Source of the DNA: the human T2T-CHM13v2.0 reference genome, Homo sapiens
Strand: one strand, 5' to 3'
NCBI RefSeq assembly: GCF_009914755.1
Contig: NC_060930.1
DNA: 64,000 nucleotides
Of this stretch, positions 24,832 to 38,599 are shown piece after piece; within the stretch, counting starts at the first letter, position 1; every line of letters begins with the position of its first letter. A program made the translations under genes and the position numbers. The notes under the pieces are model-generated. The model was given only the letters and a program-made list of their open reading frames with translations. It did no database searches and was not told where the DNA came from.

Positions 24832-26778
24832 AATGGGTAAATCTAAAGCCAAAATGTCACATAAAACAATAAATTCAATATCTATATTTAGGAATAAATT
24901 GAAAAACTCCTAAATAACAGCATACAATTTGAGAGACATTAGAATTAAAGCAATCTTAGTTCCCTGTGTTATTCAGGAAGCAGTTAAAAAAACTGGTAAA
25001 TTGTATATTTTGTTAAGTATAGTGCATGTGAATCCAAATTTGTAAGCCTAAAGAATCTTCGGATCATTAGAAAATATAATAAATTTTAGAAATATTTCTG
25101 GATATAATATAAACACATAAGAAAAATAAGAAATATTTCTGGATATGACATGAATATCCAAAATTTAAGTTGCTATACAATACATATAAACAGAATAATG
25201 ACATTGATAATTTTTAAAAAGTTGTAAGGTATTAAAGTAACATAAATATAGGACACCTAGGCCTAAAAGATGTGAAAGGTATGTAGAAATATATTAAACT
25301 TTATTGACAGTAATTAAAGAAGAGCTAAGTAAATAGAGATATAGGCCATGAACAAGACAAATAACTCGATATCATAAAGACGTTAATTCTTTCCCAAATA
25401 ATATATCAATTCTATTTTTATGTGGGAAAACAAGACCAAGGTAAGCTAAGATGGTACCAAAGAGAAAAATGAACCAAGACATGTTGTGTGACCAGTGCCA
25501 AGATTCAATTAAAAAGATATGAAAATTAAGTTGGTGTTATATTGGCTTATAGAAAGAAAAACAGAGACCAGAAAACTTGGAATCTGATCTTCACATCTAT
25601 AAAACTGCTCTATATGAGATGGTTTTGCACATTTATAGGTGAAAGAATAGACTAAATACATTGCACTGATAAAACTGGTTATCCATGAAGGGGGAAAAAT
25701 GAAACCTAAATATCTTCACATACCATGTGTAAAATCTGTTCCTGCTGAATTAACCTGGAGGAGAAACAATATCATTTTAAAAAGATAACATAGGAGAAGA
25801 TTTTTATGACCTTGGAATAGAAAAGAATTTCTTACATAAGACATAAAAATCATGGTCTATTAAAAGAAAACTTAAATATTCTACCACATTTAAATAATAA
25901 CCTCTATTCACCAAACATCACAAAAGAGAGTGAAAAGATAGAACCACAAATCAGTGGATGATTTTTTAAAAATATATAAATGGCAAATAGTATCCAGAAC
26001 ATATAAAGAACTCTTACAAATAAATGCAAAAACAGTAGAAAAACAGGCATAGTTATGCAAGCATTTCCAAAAAATGGAAGTAGCAACACCCAATAAATTT
26101 ATGAAAATATAACAAATTTCATTAGTAATAATAAAAATGTTAATTAAAACAATAATAACATTTTATTTCATACTTGATTAGTTGGCAAAACGTGGAGAAC
26201 TAAGGACAGTAATAACATACTAGGTAATTTAGTATATCTGCCTAGAAGAACAATTTATCTCAAACAGTTGAACATTCTCATTCTTTATGACCTAGCACCA
26301 GGAAGCAAGCACAAGAATGCTCATGTTGTTCATAAAAGCAAAAAAAGAAAAAAAAAAAAGAGAAACTATCCAAATGTTTATATACAACAAAGTGGCTTTT
26401 TAAAATTCTGATATTTTCATTAGTGAAAATGAATAAGCTATGCTACATGCATCAATATGAATAAACCTTAAAACTTAAAATATGCATAGTATGAGTCTCT
26501 TCTTTTTAAAGTTTAGAAAGAAATAAACTAAACAAATTAATCATTAAGAGATACATATATGCAATAAGAGAAAAGCAAGGTGAGAATTAAAATCAATTCA
26601 GGTCAATATATCTGAGGAGAATAATGGGGGATATGATTAGACAAAGATGCATGGGGGGCATTCAGACTTGTTTTCTAATCTGTGTACTTTATGAATATTT
26701 TATGAATATTATTTTTAAACTATACATTAATGGTATGAACTCTCTATATATATAATTCTTCACATTAATAAAAATAGT
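24832..26778 (+). mobile_element. Ancient L1M (L1ME-like) segment 3: degenerate ORF2 3' part and 3'UTR
   Basis: attaaagaagagctaagtaaatagagatata..., taggagaagatttttatgaccttggaatagaaaagaatttctta and aactatccaaatgtt are old L1 ORF2-type sequence; A-rich end at ~26775. Confidence 0.7.
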
Positions 26779-27619
26779 GAAAGCTACTGTTTAGCTAATG
26801 GGATTAATATATTTTTATTGTTTGATAATTGCCTTTGATTATGTAATTTTTTATATGAAATGCTAGAGGAATTTATTCATTTGAAGACTTTTTTTCAAAT
26901 AAGAAATAGTAACTAACATTTATTACACATATACACAAAAATAGCTTTAATAGTATATGTCTTCACCAAAAATAAATGCTGAGAATTAATTTTTTAATGA
27001 AATCTAATATTTGATACCTCTTTCAAAAAGTACCTCACTTAGAACATTTGTCAACATAGTATAAGAATTCATGCTGATTAAACAGAATAGCTAGCAGAAC
27101 AAGCACAAAACTAGTCTCTAACGTGTATCAGGAATTAATGTTGTTTAGCCCCCTCCTTTCTAAATGTGTCTACTTTTTCCCCCATTCTTCATCACCAGTA
27201 ATCACTACTACACATACACTTTATTTTCCCTATCAGTAACTAGTCGGTATTTGCTTGGATGCTTCTTTTCGTATATCCACAGCAATGTTGACCCTGGTAG
27301 AGAAAGCTGTGTCTTAAAGAATGCAGAGCTCAACATAGGTAATGAGAAAAGCACCTATCTAAATGTGTCTGAAAGAGCTTCATAATGAGAGTCAAACAAA
27401 TCTGAACAGCCAAGTCCGAACAATCAAGGAAATTGAGTAGAGGTTAGCTTAGAAGCACGTGGCACAATCCCCTCCTCTATACACCCATCCCGGTGTCAGT
27501 AAAGGAGTCTAGTCAGAACTGATGCCATGATGTAAAGTCCTCCTGGTATTTCTTAAAACTGTCCAGCTCCTGGCAGGGATTCCACATCTCTTTAGAACCA
27601 GCTATCTAGCTGATAAAAG

Positions 27620-28150
27620 TCAGTCATTTAATTGATTTTTTTGATTGAGCACTTATTTGCAAAACAATATAGAAAATAAATGAGAATAAACACTAGCATG
27701 TCCTCGGTAAGGCCTACCATCTAGCAGAAGAGACAGGCAAGTATGTAACTACTACATTAAAGGCTGACTGGACTAAGCATTGCTTTTTAAGGTGTTAGCT
27801 AAGGAATGGTAATGTGAATTTTGATTTGGGGACCTGATAGGTTGAATAGATCCCATCACAGGTAAATGTGTGAGTTCGTGTGTGTGGGCGTGGTGGGGGC
27901 AGGGAGGGAGAGAGAGAGAGAGAGAGAGTGGTGTTGAAAAGCAGAAAGAATTCCATGCAGAGTAAAATCAGGGAGGTGCGGAAACCCATATAATGTTCTG
28001 TGCACAGTAAATAGAACAGGCCGAAGCCAGGCTTATAGAGTCAGGATGTGGTGGAAGATGGAGCAAGAAGCTAAGCTTGTCCATAAAAGTCCAGTTCCAG
28101 GGTAAACAAAAAGGCCCTGTAAGTATGTTACACATGCCAATAAGTGAAAT
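27620..28150 (-). mobile_element. L2 fragment containing a GT/GA microsatellite (27867-27928)
   Basis: gtcatttaattgatttttttgattgagcacttatt...ctaccatctagcagaagagacagg resembles the reversed L2 3' end. Confidence 0.55.
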
Positions 28151-29674
28151 CCTTTCAATCTGCTTTACTCAGACCCTACTCTTGCCTAAAGATGACACTT
28201 TTCAGAAATTATACAACCTACACTGTCAGGACTGATTCAGGCTTAACTCTGAGAAATAGGTTCCATTACAGCTATATAACTGTTTGTCCTTCACAGACCA
28301 AAGGAAACCTTGAAACAAGGAACTTTCCACTTTTCCACAAAGTATTATATCTATCCTTCTATTGAATTGTGTCATGACTACAACACATGTCATTAAAATC
28401 AACCTTCTAACAGGCACCAAATACAAATAAGACTTTTCACCTTCTGATGCTAATGTGATAATTATTTTATTCTTCATGTCCATAATAGTTAATTTTACAG
28501 TTCTTTATTTCTGAAGTCACACTAGCAGATTTGGTTATAACTGTCCAACTTTAAATGTTATAATTACCCTCTTATATTTATTTATTAAATTATTATTTTA
28601 TACTCTTTTTTGTCATTTTCTGTATGACTTGGGTTTTTGTTTTCCTGCTGACCTGTGAAGTTGGAGTAATCTTAAAAGATTCAGGTATACTCCTCTCATA
28701 TTTAAAACAATGTCATAGAAAAAGACATTATTTATTTATTTATTTGTAAATGTGGAGTATCCTGGAGCAGAAATAGTTGACAAATAAATGACCAACTTAA
28801 AAGATTAGGTTTTGCAGCATCTTGCAATTTTTCACTTTATGGCCTCCAAACCATTACCTTGAAATTCAGTTGTTCCCTCTATGCCTTACTGATTGCTGAA
28901 GTCTCTAAGTGGCCTTAATGTCAAATCTAAGGTGCTAAATTTTATAACAAGATCAATTTCCACAACATTTTTACTGCCAAATACATTTTTAAAGGATGCA
29001 TTAAATTTGAGTCTGTCAAAAGCATGAAGGCTAACAGGTTCTTTCAGAAGAAAACAAGTAGTGCACTTGTGTGAATATTTATCTGACAGTAGCTTACAAT
29101 ACTAGATTATTACAAATGGCAGACACCTAGCACTACCAGTGAGGTGACACAGAAGAATTTATCATCAGAAGTAGGTAGCTTTATAGAATATTGGTATTAG
29201 TGTACCTACATTCTTCTAAAAAAATATGAGGATCCAAGCTCATTTATCATTTAGCAAGACACTCATCTGCCTGGTGCCTTCATCACCTAGACTTCTGAGG
29301 CTCTGCTGAAAATGAGATTGTTTTCTCCTTTAATGGCATTCAGTTGTTGCAGTGAGCAATTTGGCAATGTGCTGCATCACTTATGTATCTTTAAATTAAA
29401 AGGACGGGAGGAGCTTGAAATCAAAAATAAGTATATGCAAACTGCCATCTCTGGGAATTGATAGAGTAAATTTGACATGGTTTTATGTAATGTTTCATCC
29501 CACCTCTGTGTCATGCAGCCCCTATGAGAAAAGGAAATAAGTGGCCTTGGGTAATTTAACCAACTTAAAATTCCAGGGACTTCTTTTTGCCATCATTGCC
29601 GAAATATGTTCCTTGTAAATTTGATTCTGATATCTGTCATGAGACCCAAATACAATAGGTGGTATACATTAGAC

Positions 29675-29902
29675 TGGGAGTTGGCAAACTATGACCCATG
29701 GGCTAAATCCAGCCTTGCCACCTGTTTTCATAAATAAAGTTTTACTGGAATATAATCACTCTATTCATTTGTATATTGTGTATAGCCACTTTTGTGCCAC
29801 AATGTCAGAGTTGAGTAGTCATGATAGAGACTACATTGCCCACAGAGCTTAAAATATTTACTATCTGGCCTTTTATTTATAGGCAAAGATTGTTGACCCC
29901 TG
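29675..29902 (+). mobile_element. MER58A hAT-Charlie MITE
   Basis: Terminal inverted repeats gggagttggcaaact ... agattgttgacccctg; internal sequence matches MER58A from memory; 8-bp TSD cattagac/cattggac. Confidence 0.9.
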
Positions 29903-31224
29903 CATTGGACCTCCAGTCTCACATACGCTCTAAATTTTCTTGTTCGGATCTGGCTAAAAGACCCAAAGGAACAGAAAGAAAATTAGGAAGCCAGAGGACA
30001 TAGAAATGCCTAGAAAATACATTAGAAAAAAGATAATTACACACTTCCTATAGAGTGTCTTTTAAATGCTTTACTGGGAGCAGAAATAGAAAATTCAGTG
30101 GAGGATTTATGGAAAAGGAAGATGATGTTTCTTAGTAATCAGAAAGTTTTTTTTTTGTTTTTTTTTTTGTTTTTGTTTTTCCCTCTCCCTTTCCCACATT
30201 GCTTCCCTCCTTTAACTCTAAGTTTATATTCTCAGGGGATTACAGCACACACAAACCTACACTGCTCCCCTGAGGAGCTGCAGAGGCTCTGCAAACAAAG
30301 AAGTAATTTCTGACAAATAATAAAGATACAAACTACTTTTAAAAAAACTATTATGCAACCGGAGCAAGGGCTAAAATTGCCTTTGACAGATGGGCACCTC
30401 TAAAAAAATGGTGTAAAAAACCACTGTGTTTCAGTGATATTATATTTAAAACATCTCTTTAGAAAATGGTTCAAGCATTTGGCTAAAAAATCTGTAGTCA
30501 TTACATGATTATCTTACATTATTTTATTTGTAGTGAAAATATAGATATTATTTTTCTTTTCTAAATCTTTTTTAAAAATCTTGTGAAGATTGTTTTTTCA
30601 TAAAAATTACCTAAAATGTTTAATAGTTGAAGATTTTATCATTATGTGGATGAATTAAAAATGATTTATAGTAAAAAGAAATATGATAAAATTAATATTG
30701 AATAGCTTTCCATTTTTAGATTATCTAAAATGTCTTATGTAATGAGAAAAATTTTGGAATTATTTCCAGAGCTTGGTCCAATTAATTTACTACATGTTCC
30801 ATAGTGTTTCCCATAGTTCCCTCTTTTCTATTCCATTCTTATTTAGGTCATTACATAACTTCCAATGAGGCTTCCTCTCTGCTTGTCTACCTGCTCCAGT
30901 TCCTGCTGCCCTGCATAGACACATTAATCTCCATGAAGTACAGCTTTTCTCAGATATCTCAGAAACATTGAACAACCCTCCACTAATAACCAACTTAATT
31001 ATTAAGTTTTCTTCTAGGCAATTCTTTTTCACAATTCATTGTACTACTTTTCCCCTAACTTATTTTTCAAGCTTTTTCTCCCAACAAGACTTTGTTTTTA
31101 TATGTTCACTTATAGTCCAGGTAGATTGACCAAGTGGTTCCTTGAAGTATTTTACTTATTTCTTTTCCTTTGGTATTATCTGTAGCTGACTGTCTAAATG
31201 ACACTTTTGTTGGTTCCCCAGGGA

Positions 31225-31670
31225 TAGCAGAGCAGCATGAACTAGAGCTAGACCGCTGGTTTTGAACTTGCTGTTCTGCTGCTGGTTGCCCAGATGATAT
31301 TGGTTGAATTATTCAATTTCTCTGGACGTAAGCTTTCATATCCAGCACAGGAATAATACTTACACAGATGCCAAGAAAATAACTTGAGTCTATATGTATA
31401 CAGCACTTAGACAAGCACCTGCCATGTGTTAAACACTACATTGTTATAGCTTAGAGGCTATGAGCGCCACTTTTCGAATCAAACCTATGACCACTGGCTC
31501 TGCCACTTACTGGCTAGGCAACTTTGAGCATATTACTTAACCTCTTCAAATCTGTTTGTAAAATGGGCATAATACCAATAAAAATATGGTTGCTGTAAAA
31601 TTAAGTGCTGAAGGTAAAGAATTTTGCCTAGTTTGTAGATCATAATAACTCCTCAATTATATTAGTTGCT
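31225..31670 (+). mobile_element. Two adjacent MIR elements
   Basis: MIR cores at ~31260-31430 and ~31495-31660 (ctggctctgccacttactggctaggcaactttgagcatattacttaacctct...tgtaaaatggg). Confidence 0.7.
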
Positions 31671-34600
31671 TCTATTATAATTTTCATTATTCCCATTGTT
31701 TTGTGTTGCTACTATTAATATTCTAGACTTCTAAAGAACTTGACTATACATCTAATTGCCCTAGTCTTTTCTATCCTGACTACTATAAAGTTGAAGATTA
31801 TTGGTTGCTGCCCTTCTGCCAAATTCCTATGTACTTACTACATCAAATAGAAAGCAGTATATACCTACTTAGTTCTTCAGGCTTCCTGAGTAGAAGCAAG
31901 GCTAATAAAAAACCTTACAGATATATTTAGTTTAATGGGATTTCCAGCTGGTACTACTTCACACCCACTTTATGAAGTAAGTCAAGAAAATATCAGCATA
32001 TATCTAACAATGAAGTCTGGAGTTCACTCTCACAAATTATATTCTGCCCTGTATCTGTAAGCTTTGTTTTTGTCCAGCTATCTTACCTGTTTCCTTTTTA
32101 AAGCCATGGACTCTGCCTTTTACATCTTTACATGCTGTTAGCTTTGAAGACAGACCTGTCTGGCTCTGTTTTCAGGCCTATGTCTGATATATCTATCTAA
32201 TTATTAGACCCTAAAACTCCTTAATTAAAGAAACAAGAATTAAGCCTCTTAACTTTTATTATTGTGATATTAAAAACTAAAGCCCTAACATTTTTATCCT
32301 TCATTGCCTCTGCCTGTGGAAATTAGCATAACAGAGAATGGAGAGTCCATAAACATTAAAGTAAATTTAGTCAAATAGCTCAGTATCCTTTAACATACTA
32401 ACATCTTAAAGTTGCTGCTAACTGTATGTACTATATAAATTTAGGACTTTTGTCTCTTGTTCATCCATTTTAAATTATTTTTGTCAAAATCTTATTTGAA
32501 AATGAAAAACATTAGTCAATAATAAGTTCATCTTTATCTTCTCATAATATTTATCTCATAACATTATATATCTTTATCTTCTCATAGTATTATATATTTA
32601 TATATGTGAAAATTTGAAATGTTAGCCTTTAGGTAACAGGAAGAGATTGATGTTTTTAAACAAATAAGTGATAAGATAAATTTAGCATTGTAGGAAAATA
32701 AATCTGATTTAATATTTGAGACAAAGCAAAGAAAGAATCAAAATATAATTTTTAGATTTTTTGAGGCTCAACTAAGTTGAAGTAGGCAAATCAGGAGGAA
32801 TTCTAAATTGGGATTGTTTGATGAAATCAGGTTCAGATGCATAGCATAAGAAGAGAGGTACTCCGAATGGAAAAGTACACACAAAATTGAAGACTCTCGA
32901 ACAGATAAGACAATAGAGACAGTCAAGATTTAAGATAGTTTTGGAGATGAAAGCTGAAATTGTGGTGTTATAATAGCCCTGTAAAAACTTATAATAGAAA
33001 AAAATACAAAATATAGCTGGAGGAAAATTGTTAATTTGGGAGCAAATTTTAATGGAGGAGATTGCATTCTGGAAGGGAGAGGATTTGGTAGATTTATTTT
33101 AGGGGTAATATCTGCTGCCTAAGTGACATATGAAACAATCATATTCTGTTGTCTGGATCTTAAGTGTATATTTTATGTAAAAGAAAATCTCAAACAAAAT
33201 CTAGATAGGAAATGAAATATATTTGTGCTTCATTATATTTACAGATCTCTGTGTGTAATTCTGTTCTGTACCAGATATTTTGCTTAAAACATTTTAATTT
33301 ATTTGGAATATAAAACAGACACATTTTTTAAAGATCTGGTTTCAAATATATAAGGGATCAGTTCCTGCTTAATGAGTAAGGAGCTACTTTTTAACCAACT
33401 AAATCCCCAGAAATATCTCCTAAAATCTTTTCCTGCCTCCCAGTGTGTTTTCTGTCTTACAGTAAACTATACTCCTGTCTTCACAACTATAACTTCTTAC
33501 TTTTGGGTGAAGTCTTAGAAAGAAGTGACAGAATACATGCAGGAAAGAATATTCTTACATGATTTCTATCAATCCTGTTTCCAAAAAGAAACTACTCTGA
33601 TAAATAAAGGAAAACTAGGGTCCTTCATTTTGTTTATGCTGCTGACAAACATTTGCTTCCTTAGGAGTGTCATTAACTAAAAAGTAAAAGGTAGAGGATG
33701 TGGCAGGGATTGTGTGCAGCTTCTAGATGGCCATTAAGTTTCAGAGGAGGAAAGATAAGAGGAGAAATTTGGGCCACAGAAACCTCGTGGGTATATGTAC
33801 TTGACATAAGGGCTCAAACATTCTCATATATCATGCTCTCAGCTTACTCCCTGTAATTTTAGAAAATCCTGAACCTCAGATCCACATGGGTGCCAGATGA
33901 CTGACCTGGAAGGCCCATGTTTAAGTGCATTTGTGCCTTTTCTTCTCTCCTTGCAATATCCATTGGAAAAAGAGTTGTAGGGAAAGTCAGCAAATCTATG
34001 ATTGGCATTGCCAGTGGTGTGACTTTAGTCAGTTACTCTCCTAACCTTAATTTCTCCAACATTAAATTAAAATAATGAACTTGAAAAGACCTTTTTTTAA
34101 TATTCAAAATGCATGATAGTCTTTTGCATTCAGGAGATTCTATATAAATTCTAGAGAGAGGTAGTGAGGTCCATTAGATTATGTTCAACTCTCTTTACAG
34201 ATGTGGGACACACTGAAAGACCAAGGAAGAGACAGTGAGAAAATTCAACATCTCGACAGGCAGAGTACAGGGATTTCTGAAGTCACAAATGGCATCAGCA
34301 CTAACTGTGACCACAAGAGATTCTGGTGCAGTGCAACCACCTGGCTTAGACATCTGCTTCAAGGACTTCAATAAGGAATCCTCCTAATCTCTAACTTAGT
34401 TGACTTAATTTGTCTAGTTGGGAACACCTGTAATGCTGAATTTCTACAATTCACCATTATGGAAGTGTTACAATATTAATAGTCAGTATGGCTAAGGCAC
34501 CAACAAATTGAATCGGAGGTCTGACAACAACGGGTGCTCTGTACCGGTGCAGAACAGCAAAATATATTGGCTGGGGCACCAGTTACTATTTTGGTTGGTT

Positions 34601-37600
34601 ATTTATTATTCTGCAAAGGCATATATTGTAGCTATATTATTTAATCCAAAAATATTGCAGTATAAATGGCCTCCAGAAATTACAACATGGGCTAAATTAC
34701 AACAAAGGGCATCAGCTTTTATTTTCAAATAGTTTACAACATCCAGTACTACTGCACAAGAGGAAGAAAGTGAGAACATTAGAAGCAAAATATCTCTTGT
34801 TCTCTTTGATACACAATCTCTGTGATTCTTAACATGTGAGGTGTTCTCCCCCTATACCAAGAGTAGAAAAAAGTAGGAAAGGTTTCAGGCTTATTTGTAG
34901 ATGTTGAGAAGAAGAAAGAAAAGATCACTTGAAATAACAAATTACTCATCCCCCAGCAACCTGAACCTTCTATCTGGCACTCACACCAGTTGTATCTGTA
35001 CCTCTCCAACTCTGTTAGTATCCATGATAGTGTAAAATAAAAACTCACTTCATACGGGTGTTTATAAGTCAGAGGTACTGTTGAAGAATGAATGTGAATA
35101 TGTGAAGAAAGATGAAAAAATAAAAAGCCCATCAGGATATTCTCCATTTGGTTTCTAAGCAATGCAGCCTATTCTCTATTTGGTTTCTAAGAAATATGAG
35201 GCAGAAAGAATAAACGAGGGTCCTTTCTGTGTCCTTCCTCTACCAAATTGATCAACAACATGGTTTCATATAAAGGAAAAGTGTGATTTTCCATCGTCAA
35301 CAATGAAGAGAAATAGTCTTAACTCAAATCTTGAGATTATTACAAGTTATTGCAAAGAACATCTACAGCATCCCTAGTAAAAGCCTTTGGATCATAAGAT
35401 ATTATAGAAAATAATCACAAAGATCTGTTTCTGATAGAAGGATTTAGCAGCCTCTATTTTCCACTAAATAGGGAATCCATAACAGAAAAGGCCCAAAATG
35501 TGGAAAAGATCTCAATCCTCATTAACCATTCCTGTAAGGCTTTCTGCAAAGTCAGTGACAATCTTACTAAGCAGGCAATTTGTATTTACATTTTCCTTGC
35601 CAGAAAATTATAAGGGTGGTGCTGTCAAAACACAGCAATTAATGTTTTTCAACCAACAAAATCCAAAGTGAATTTTAGGATTCTTAGATATGATTTGTAA
35701 CCCAATATAGGGTGTTAATTTTTCAGTGGGAGTATAATTGTCAAAACTATAATGAACTCAGAAGGAAAAACATGATTTAAAATTATTAATTTGTACCCAG
35801 CATAGCTTTTTAGGAATATACCCATAGAAATAAATCAAGGCTCAAATCACTTTCATTTTTAATCCTTAGGCCATGTGTATGATCAAAAGATAGAAAATAA
35901 TATAGCCTAAAATATACAAATAATGTTTCAAAAAAAAGATAGAACTCCCTGAGGCTGAGATGGCAGTTTGTCATTTTTGCCACTGCTGTCCTCCCCGTGT
36001 CTACAGCACAAATTGCATAAAGATCACGGCATTTTTTACTCCAACAGAGCCTAGAGGAAACTTTAAAATACTTTATGATATAATACTTTACAGCAGCTAG
36101 AAGCCATCTCAAAATGGCACAGGGAGAAACCTATTTTCATCCTTGTAAGTGTTACAAAAGACATTAGTCATCATGTTAATTATAAAGTACAGGTTTGGAT
36201 ATAATTCTGAGTATTGTAGCCAATAGAAGAATCTGCATCTTTTCTAAAATGACTTAAAATTTAAATAACACTAGAAGAAGGATGGCTTATTCAAACTTCA
36301 ACTGCAGAGAAGAATATACACAATTTTAAAAGGTGACATCTTACATAACTATGGGAAATAAATGTAATATTTTAACAGTATTTACATACCGCTACCTTTT
36401 TCCATTCTATGAATAGTTGAACCATAATAGTATTATGTCCGTCCTATAGTTTCACAATACATTTCATTAACCTTGCATGTTTTAGTTATTTTAAATATTA
36501 GTTACATTTCAAGAAACAAAACTCTGCAATGCATCCTGGTAAATTAGTCTCTAAAAAATGGGGACTAGAGCATGAAACTCAAACAAGAATGTTTAATGGA
36601 ATACAAATATCCAGTCTAAAAACTCTAACAAAATCTGCTTTCTTTGGGTAAAGGCTCTTGGCTATTACACAAAAAGCCACACGTGGCTCCCCTCAAAATG
36701 CCTTACAGATCAGGCTCATAATCTTTCCTTGCACAAAAATGGCACAAGAATTGATTTCAATTATCATTTAATACCTATTTCCCTCTCCTGTCAAAAAATG
36801 TTCCATACACATGAAACTGAGGGTTGGCAGCCTGAACTCATTTATGGAACTTTTAAGGACTATTGATTTACCAGTGAATTTTCTAGTTCTCTCATTGTTA
36901 CTGGAAGGATGCCTCAGAGTCTGAATTAGATGATAGGATAGGCTGGAATGCCGATAGGCTTACTTAAGGCTGATGAAAAGAGAAACTTCTCAAAAATTTG
37001 TCAAAATGCTTTTTATACATTAGGTTAGCATGATTGATTATGGAGTCAAAATTTCTCATGTCGTGCTGAACTGAATTTTAATTATATCTCTTCTTGCTTT
37101 GTTGTGTCCCGATACACCTCCTTGATGTCTGGGTGTTAACCCTTAGAGAAAATATGAAGTAATTTAAAAATAAATTAAACGTATGTCTTTAGAAACTGGA
37201 AACTGTTTTGTCTACCTGAAGTGTCTTTGTTTTTCTTTTTTATCTGCTTTTTTAAAAAGCTACACCAACATATGAGTTACAAGAGAGTGCTTATATAAGC
37301 AGATTTTTATGTTGTCAGCGTGTCTCCACAGGGTGAAATGTTCTGACAGACACTTCCAGAAGCTGTGTGCCTTTACCTGCACATAACAGTAACCTTTGTT
37401 ACTGTTACACTATGTAACCTTTGTTAAAAGGACCGCATTTCCACAAGGAAATTAACAACACTAACTTGGTTCTAGCTAAGCACAGAACAGACTTTTAGTA
37501 CCAGCAAGAAACTAAGGTTACACAGTCAGTTTTTTCTTTAAACAATCTCTCCCTGCTCTGTCCCCCCATAGAGATGTGTATTTTCCTATAAATGTTGCCA

Positions 37601-37613
37601 TTATTTTCCTCTT

Positions 37614-38563
37614 CAGGGTGGGATGCAAAGTTTGTGGGGCCTCAAAATTATATAATTTTGCATTCCTTCTTTAAGAAAAAGATTTAAAAAATTATGTATC
37701 CATAGTTGGCAGGAAAGTGAATATTTATTTTGAATGAGAAAAGCAATAACAAACAACTGTAAATTTTCTAAACCTGAAAACACTATTAACATCACAAAAT
37801 CTAGAAAACAATATAGAATTTCTGTTTTATTAGTCAACAAATCCCTATGCTTTTTGGAGGTCTACGTTTTGATCATCTTCTAATATGACAATGATTTTGA
37901 TAATATTTTCTATAGACAGGAAACAAAATTAAGGATTTTTCTGTAGCTGGTTGATAGAAAAAAAAAAGAGTTGTTATGGATAGTTTTAAAAAGCGCATTT
38001 CTGTTTCACAACTCATTGATGGTTATGTTATAGCCATTGGCATTGTTCTGATATTTGGGGAAACTTCCGTCAAGTCTCTTTCATAGCTGAGCTGAATGAT
38101 ATGAAAGAGTTTTCCACAGAGCATATTCTGGCCCAATACAATTCAAATCTTATTTCTCCTCCACTAACCACATCCTTCCCGTATCAGTGTTGTAGTTCAC
38201 AATGGAATAGCAGTAAAACCTCTATCTGTGAATACTTGTGTCACAACACTATGTGAGATGGTAGGAGTATTCCTGGAAATATTTCTACAACAGAACAGTA
38301 GCAATATCTAAATAATGCAAACAAAATATTCCTCTAAACCCAAACTAAATGAATTTCTAACTAACTATTCTTCACAGATAGTCATGCCCACTCTACCACC
38401 ATTTGACACAAAGGGCAGTGTGACAGGTGAGGATGTCACCTGGGGATTGCAGATAAAATACCTTACTTTTGCAACAAAGAGAGATGACCATGTAAACACA
38501 TTTATAATCCCCTCCCACAGCCATGGAGGGAGCTTCTTTAGCATCAAAGTCACTCCTTCACTG
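37614..38563 (-). mobile_element. Internally deleted hAT-Tip100 DNA transposon (Zaphod-like) with a transposase C-terminal remnant
   Basis: Terminus cagggtgggatgcaaagtttgtggggcctc...ctttaagaaaaag. Minus strand ~37975-38025 translates PSMSCETEMRFLKLSI, resembling the hAT dimerisation motif P-x-T-S-x-x-x-E-R-x-F-S-x-L. The other end is ...ccttcactg. Confidence 0.7.
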
Positions 38564-38599
38564 TCCACCCCTCCCCACTATGGCCTTCCTTCCTGTGCC

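Noticed and set aside
25087-35195. Small local duplications (25087-25150, 32530-32600, 35138-35195; also 1573-1596)
   Set aside because: Ordinary slippage duplications with no functional indication.
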